Shown here: piece by piece, positions 60,601 to 64,000 of the stretch | How the letters are laid out: every line of letters starts with the position of its first letter | Position numbering within the stretch: position 1 is the first letter of the stretch | NCBI GenBank assembly: GCA_030538915.1 | Contig: JAUNTC010000001.1 | Location: 9,256-73,255, forward strand | DNA length: 64,000 nucleotides | Source: Lachnospiraceae bacterium | GTDB taxonomy: Bacteria > Bacillota > Clostridia > Lachnospirales > Lachnospiraceae | Direction of reading: 5' to 3' | Translations under genes and position numbers: made by a program | Notes under the pieces: generated by a model | Databases searched by the model: none | What the model was told of the DNA's origin: nothing | The model's input: only the letters and a program-made list of their open reading frames with translations

Positions 60601-60935
60601 ATGATTGCTGTAAAGGCAAGTTCATATTCTCCTCCGGAACATACAACTGTGATTTTTCCGCGTTCTACGTGTCCTGGCTTTAGCCCTTTACCATCATAAG
60701 TAAATTCAATTCTAGTGGAAACTCCTTCGAATCCTTGATCTTTAAAATGAAGACGAAAAGAAGACGGGTACAAGATCCCCCGTATCTTTCTGTCGTTATT
60801 ACTTTTTATTTGGAAACTTCCTCTGTATACTTCACCTTCGCCAATGATCATGACAAGATTGGTCTCTTCGAACACAACCTCCGGCTGTTCTACACCGAAA
60901 TCTCCTTTTGAAAATCTTTGTATTTTATTTTTCAA
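57645..60935 (-). CDS. Large hypothetical protein (DUF5717-like)
   Basis: 1096-aa uninterrupted ORF, TTG start; beta-rich N-terminus, Tyr/Leu-rich helical middle; no signal peptide. Confidence 0.75.
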   Translation of the reverse strand: MKNKIQRFSKGDFGVEQPEVVFEETNLVMIIGEGEVYRGSFQIKSNNDRKIRGILYPSSFRLHFKDQGFEGVSTRIEFTYDGKGLKPGHVERGKITVVCSGGEYELAFTAIIEKPYVMTTYGKVQSTDDFRKLAIKDFSEAGRLFRSREFYEIVKYENERIFYLYDNMRKWSLGEQAMEEFLVGIKQKECIFLTLQGEGMLFEDIKESNKGTITIMKNTWGFMPIHIETEGDFLRVSKPDLTTEDFIGNSYEMEYLVRPEFLHGGKNYGTIRFITPYETLSYEIEVLQNQEYDEEHYMPELLYAQSLKEYVGYMAGRIDLDTWVENAIENVAAIRRIKPMSEFYQLLQAHVYIIGKRIDDAKWILENYNYNRFAIGKDPITNCYYLFLTAMIRENDSHMERVLDEIGKTYMRHQDSWLLLYMILQIDDRYKNPYKRLEVLEQQFEFETHGVMFYLEAYLCYQAKPTLLKKLGKFELQVMNFAAKYRLMTKELALYLANFASQHKSYSDLLFRILERIYKVYKEPMILNTICILLIKGNKCQKKYFHWYQEAVDSELKIAQLYEYYMNTLDPSNVKGPLPKSIFLYFMHGNTLGYEKIAFLYANLLTYEVGGEELYDSYKEQMKNFAMDQLRKRHITEYLRVLYKRFCTEDMDSEHMEAMRDICYAYSISTKVPHMNCVLVIEKNGEIRQRVPYTEEEPVIVYLYDKESRIIWESVEGRYYTDSIPYETKRLFYEPRFLEICKKYGASVGKWKDSEEKETPSFDNIYAKGLNYFEDKDVFCICSRRIREENYEEDEFLTYLCYEMFRRHQYDKATLTYLANYYCGATKDMKNLWKVLREYQVASYKISERIITQMLFSEDMFDEEDIFEDYYLSDNVYFRLKQAYLTYAAREYVINGRETKANIFEIIANECEKKETLPDICKIALLKFYSGKKYPEELEEVLHRELRRLTEKQYIFPFYMDYPAKWLTELQLYDRTMLSYRTEAGHKVKLFYKIRKGGKETLGYKTEMLLPSYENIYVKQFVLYEDEELHYYFQDSFGSEIVTTNKRVLTNEHTVKIGKYGKLDAMISMSPANRRKAIMDFEEEEKMAENLFTMYE

Positions 60936-61063
60936 GACTTACACCTGCATCTTTCGTTGCTTTTTGTAGAAAACATACTATAATGAATTATAGCATTGTT
61001 TGTTCGGTAATTGCAATGCCGTAAGAATAAAATCTAAGCATAACCTTAGAAAGGAGCATTGAT

Positions 61064-62152
61064 ATGGATAAAAAACCCGAATTTCATGGAAGTGATCTAG
61101 AACAGATCGAAGCTTATTATCACATTCCAAAAGAAGAAATTGTCTCTTTCGGAGCCAATGTAAATCCCCTTGGATTGTCTAAAAAATTAAAGAATGACCT
61201 GGCTTCACACCTTGACATTATTACCCGCTACCCGGACCGTGACTACAAAGATTTAAAAAAAGCGATCAGCACTTATACTGGTGTAGCAAGTAAACACATC
61301 GTAATCGGAAACGGATCAACAGAATTGATCTCTCTGCTTATTTCTACACGCGCCCCTAAAAAAACTTTAGTTCTTGGGCCTACTTATTCCGAATACGCAA
61401 GAGAGTTGTCATTGAACGGTGGATCTATGGATTTTTACAATCTAAAAAAGGAGCAGGGCTTCCAACTCGATGTAGACGATTTTATCCACACATTAAAAGG
61501 GGATTATGAGTTGGCGATCATCTGCAATCCAAACAATCCGACCTCTTCTGCCCTTACAACAGATGAAATGGAACGAATCCTTGCCGCATGCAAAGAAAAC
61601 AATATCTTCGTCATGATCGACGAAACATATGTAGAATTTGCACCGGATATTGACGCGATCAGTGCAGTCAGCCTGATTCCGGCCTATAATAATTTTATGA
61701 TCATCCGCGGTGTATCTAAATTTTATGCAGCACCGGGGCTTCGTTTCGGCTATGGCATGACAAGCAATGAAGCATTTTTAAAAGACCTGCTTCTCTATCA
61801 GAATCCGTGGAGTCTCAATAGCGTTGCAGCTTACGCCGGCGAGCGCATGTTCTCCGACAAAGATTATTATAAGAAAACTCGGGATTTGATCTGTTCGGAA
61901 CGGACATACATGTTTAATGAGTTAAAGAAAAACAGCAACTTTAAGCCATATGAAGCTTATGGAAATTTTATTCTCGTAGAGATTTTAAAAGAAGGCGTTA
62001 CATCATTTGATGTTTTTGAGGCAGCAATTAAAAACCGGCTTATGATTCGTGACTGCTCTTCCTTCGAATCATTAGCCGGTGAATTCTTCCGTTTCTGCAT
62101 CATGGATCCTGCCGACAACCGCCGTCTCCTTGATGTTTTAAATCAGATTTAA
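61064..62152 (+). CDS. PLP-dependent class I/II enzyme, CobD (threonine-phosphate decarboxylase)/HisC-like
   Basis: FHGSD, ANVNPLG, GNGSTE, CNPNNPT, DETY, SKFYAAPGLRFGY. Confidence 0.85.
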   Translation: MDKKPEFHGSDLEQIEAYYHIPKEEIVSFGANVNPLGLSKKLKNDLASHLDIITRYPDRDYKDLKKAISTYTGVASKHIVIGNGSTELISLLISTRAPKKTLVLGPTYSEYARELSLNGGSMDFYNLKKEQGFQLDVDDFIHTLKGDYELAIICNPNNPTSSALTTDEMERILAACKENNIFVMIDETYVEFAPDIDAISAVSLIPAYNNFMIIRGVSKFYAAPGLRFGYGMTSNEAFLKDLLLYQNPWSLNSVAAYAGERMFSDKDYYKKTRDLICSERTYMFNELKKNSNFKPYEAYGNFILVEILKEGVTSFDVFEAAIKNRLMIRDCSSFESLAGEFFRFCIMDPADNRRLLDVLNQI

Positions 62153-62154
62153 TA

Positions 62155-63156
62155 TTATACAACTTCATTTAAGTATATTTTTGAAAGAGGGATGATTTTT
62201 TTCATTTCCTCTTTCATTCTTTCTGTCATATGAACGCCTTCTTCTTTACAGATCTCATCTACATTCTTTGCACCGAACACGAGACTCGTAAGCGCTCCAA
62301 TTGTAATTTCTCCTTCTGCATTTTCCATTTTACCGTCCATAAGCATAGAACCGGAATTCTCCGTTCCTGTCAAAACAAGGCAGCGATTGTTATCTTCGAT
62401 GATTGGATCGGTCACCCGAAAGCATACACAGAGAAGTTCTCTCAGCCTAAGAGACATTAGCATTCTGCGTACATCTAAGATTCTTGTCATAATCTTTGCG
62501 CCTTCCTCATTTTCACCTGGAAACCATACTCTAAAATCTGAGATTCCATTTTCATTCTCAAGCAGCATCAGCTTTCCACCATCACTTCTACATTCTTTTA
62601 TCCATCTGCGATAATAATCTCCATCTCGCTTTACATACACATCCATGCTTTTTGCAAGTGTATCCTCCGCCCATGCGGCAAGCACATCACAATCTTCATC
62701 CTGAAGCGCACGCACTTTAAGCTTTTCATCAGCTTCGCATTTGTCCGAATCATAGTAAGAAATTTTTTGTTCATAGACAGTGCGAAAATCATAAGGCGCG
62801 TAGATTGCCTCTGCCGCCGGCATTAAAAATGTAAAATTTTCTCCATCCACATACATATCATTAAGTGCTCGCTTTAGAAGCGATGCCATAAATCCTCGCC
62901 CACGATATTCTTTTCTTGTAGCCACTGCAACAATATAGTGTGCCTTTTTTTCCACACCATTTACCATTACCGTATATGGATTTAAATGGAGCATTGCCTG
63001 GATTTCCCCCTCATCTTCTACTACATAGATAACATTATCCTTCGTTTTTTCCGAAAAATAATAATCTACGAATCCTTTACTGTCTTCATTGAAAACCTCT
63101 TCATACAACGCACGTGTTTTTAAATGTTCTTCTTTTTTCAGTTTTCGGATTTCCAT
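62155..63156 (-). CDS. Eis-like GNAT acetyltransferase
   Basis: VATRKEYRGRGFM acetyl-CoA motif, FLMPAAEAIY, C-terminal SCP2-like region. Confidence 0.8.
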   Translation of the reverse strand: MEIRKLKKEEHLKTRALYEEVFNEDSKGFVDYYFSEKTKDNVIYVVEDEGEIQAMLHLNPYTVMVNGVEKKAHYIVAVATRKEYRGRGFMASLLKRALNDMYVDGENFTFLMPAAEAIYAPYDFRTVYEQKISYYDSDKCEADEKLKVRALQDEDCDVLAAWAEDTLAKSMDVYVKRDGDYYRRWIKECRSDGGKLMLLENENGISDFRVWFPGENEEGAKIMTRILDVRRMLMSLRLRELLCVCFRVTDPIIEDNNRCLVLTGTENSGSMLMDGKMENAEGEITIGALTSLVFGAKNVDEICKEEGVHMTERMKEEMKKIIPLSKIYLNEVV

Positions 63157-63168
63157 CTGTCTTTCCTC

Positions 63169-63717
63169 TTATTCTCTTGCACTCTGGCATCCGCCACATC
63201 CTGCACAGCCGCCGGCCTGTGGTCCTACTTCGTAACTATAGTTGGCAATTGTCTCTAAAGATGCGATTGCCTGGGAAGAAATTCCTTCTCCGGTTCCGGT
63301 AAATCCAAGTCCTTCTTCTGTTGTTGCCTTAATATTGACCTGATCGATATCAATACCAAGTGCTGCTGCTACATTTTCACGCATCTTCTCAATGTGTGGC
63401 GCCATCTTCGGTCTCTGTGCAATGATTGTTGCATCAATGTTTCCGATTACATATAGTTTTTCGTCAATCAGTTTACCAACATGTTTCAAAAGTTCAATGC
63501 TGGAAGCTCCTTTGTACGCCGGATCGGTATCTGGAAAATGCTTTCCAATATCCCCAAGCGCTGCCGCACCAAGAAGGGCATCCATGATCGCATGTAACAA
63601 CACATCTGCATCTGAATGTCCAAGCAATCCTTTCTCGTACGGAATCTTAACACCACCAAGAATAAGATCTCTTTCTTCTACTAATTTATGGACATCATAT
63701 CCCATTCCAACTCTCAT
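63169..63717 (-). CDS. ispF: 2-C-methyl-D-erythritol 2,4-cyclodiphosphate synthase with a Cys-containing tail
   Basis: [39 protein letters not shown]. Confidence 0.96.
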   Translation of the reverse strand: MRVGMGYDVHKLVEERDLILGGVKIPYEKGLLGHSDADVLLHAIMDALLGAAALGDIGKHFPDTDPAYKGASSIELLKHVGKLIDEKLYVIGNIDATIIAQRPKMAPHIEKMRENVAAALGIDIDQVNIKATTEEGLGFTGTGEGISSQAIASLETIANYSYEVGPQAGGCAGCGGCQSARE

Positions 63718-63752
63718 ACTGTTATTCTTCCTTTCTTGCATCTTATATGCAT

Positions 63753-64000
63753 TTACATATCATCTTCATTCTTATCCGATTCTTCTTCATTCCCGAGCAA
63801 TTCATCTCGATTTAATGTATCCCCGGTGTTTTCTTCATATTCATGTTTTGCGATCATAACAGCCGCTTTTACACACCAGAAGCCTCCGATAATAATAAAC
63901 GCAGCTCCAACTGCAAAATATAACATTCTATTTTCAGGGGAATGATTTATGACTTTCTGAATCAGATCAAATCCTAAATATCCTAGATATCCTCCTGCAA
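63753..64000 (-). CDS. Small two-TM membrane protein with acidic tail (3' part; start outside window)
   Basis: Manual translation ...[15 protein letters not shown]...[15 protein letters not shown]...[11 protein letters not shown]. Confidence 0.65.
   Translation of the reverse strand, partial: AGGYLGYLGFDLIQKVINHSPENRMLYFAVGAAFIIIGGFWCVKAAVMIAKHEYEENTGDTLNRDELLGNEEESDKNEDDM

Noticed and set aside
1337-63945. Many 60-250 aa ORFs antisense to or nested in long genes (e.g. 17914..18654, 2600..3223, 19943..20548)
   Set aside because: Shadow frames of well-supported genes with no recognisable motifs

Overview
A 64-kb core-chromosome segment of a low-GC anaerobic Firmicute; gene content and order look like Lachnospiraceae (inference). 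Genes are dense and mostly on the minus strand. Housekeeping and metabolic blocks: radical-SAM/der/plsY/gpsA, prs, leuB-ilvD-ilvB-serC-serA, udp and a deoC-cdd fusion, pflBA, tgt-yajC, aroC, dgt-dnaG-rpoD-trmK-nif3, gltX, purFB, a polar amino-acid ABC transporter and ispF. The most complete system is a Stickland glycine-reductase operon (grdX-E-B-trxB-trxA-grdA-C-D). The ORF track splits or truncates its two selenoproteins at in-frame UGA (Sec) codons, each followed by a SECIS-like hairpin, and a glycine riboswitch plus terminator sits upstream. Best leads for something undescribed: (1) a coupled three-gene unknown operon (1096-aa protein, a degenerate Hsp70/actin-fold-like protein, a TPR protein); (2) an intact GlgX/isoamylase homolog lacking the GH13 catalytic residues, directly behind an orphan sugar-binding lipoprotein; (3) a structured, non-T-box leader before leuB-ilvD-ilvB; (4) a rare tRNA-Leu(AAG); (5) serA broken by one in-frame TAA; (6) a signal-peptide-only duplicate of an ABC lipoprotein gene. 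No prophage, CRISPR array or intact transposase was seen. Family names come from motif recognition, not from database searches.
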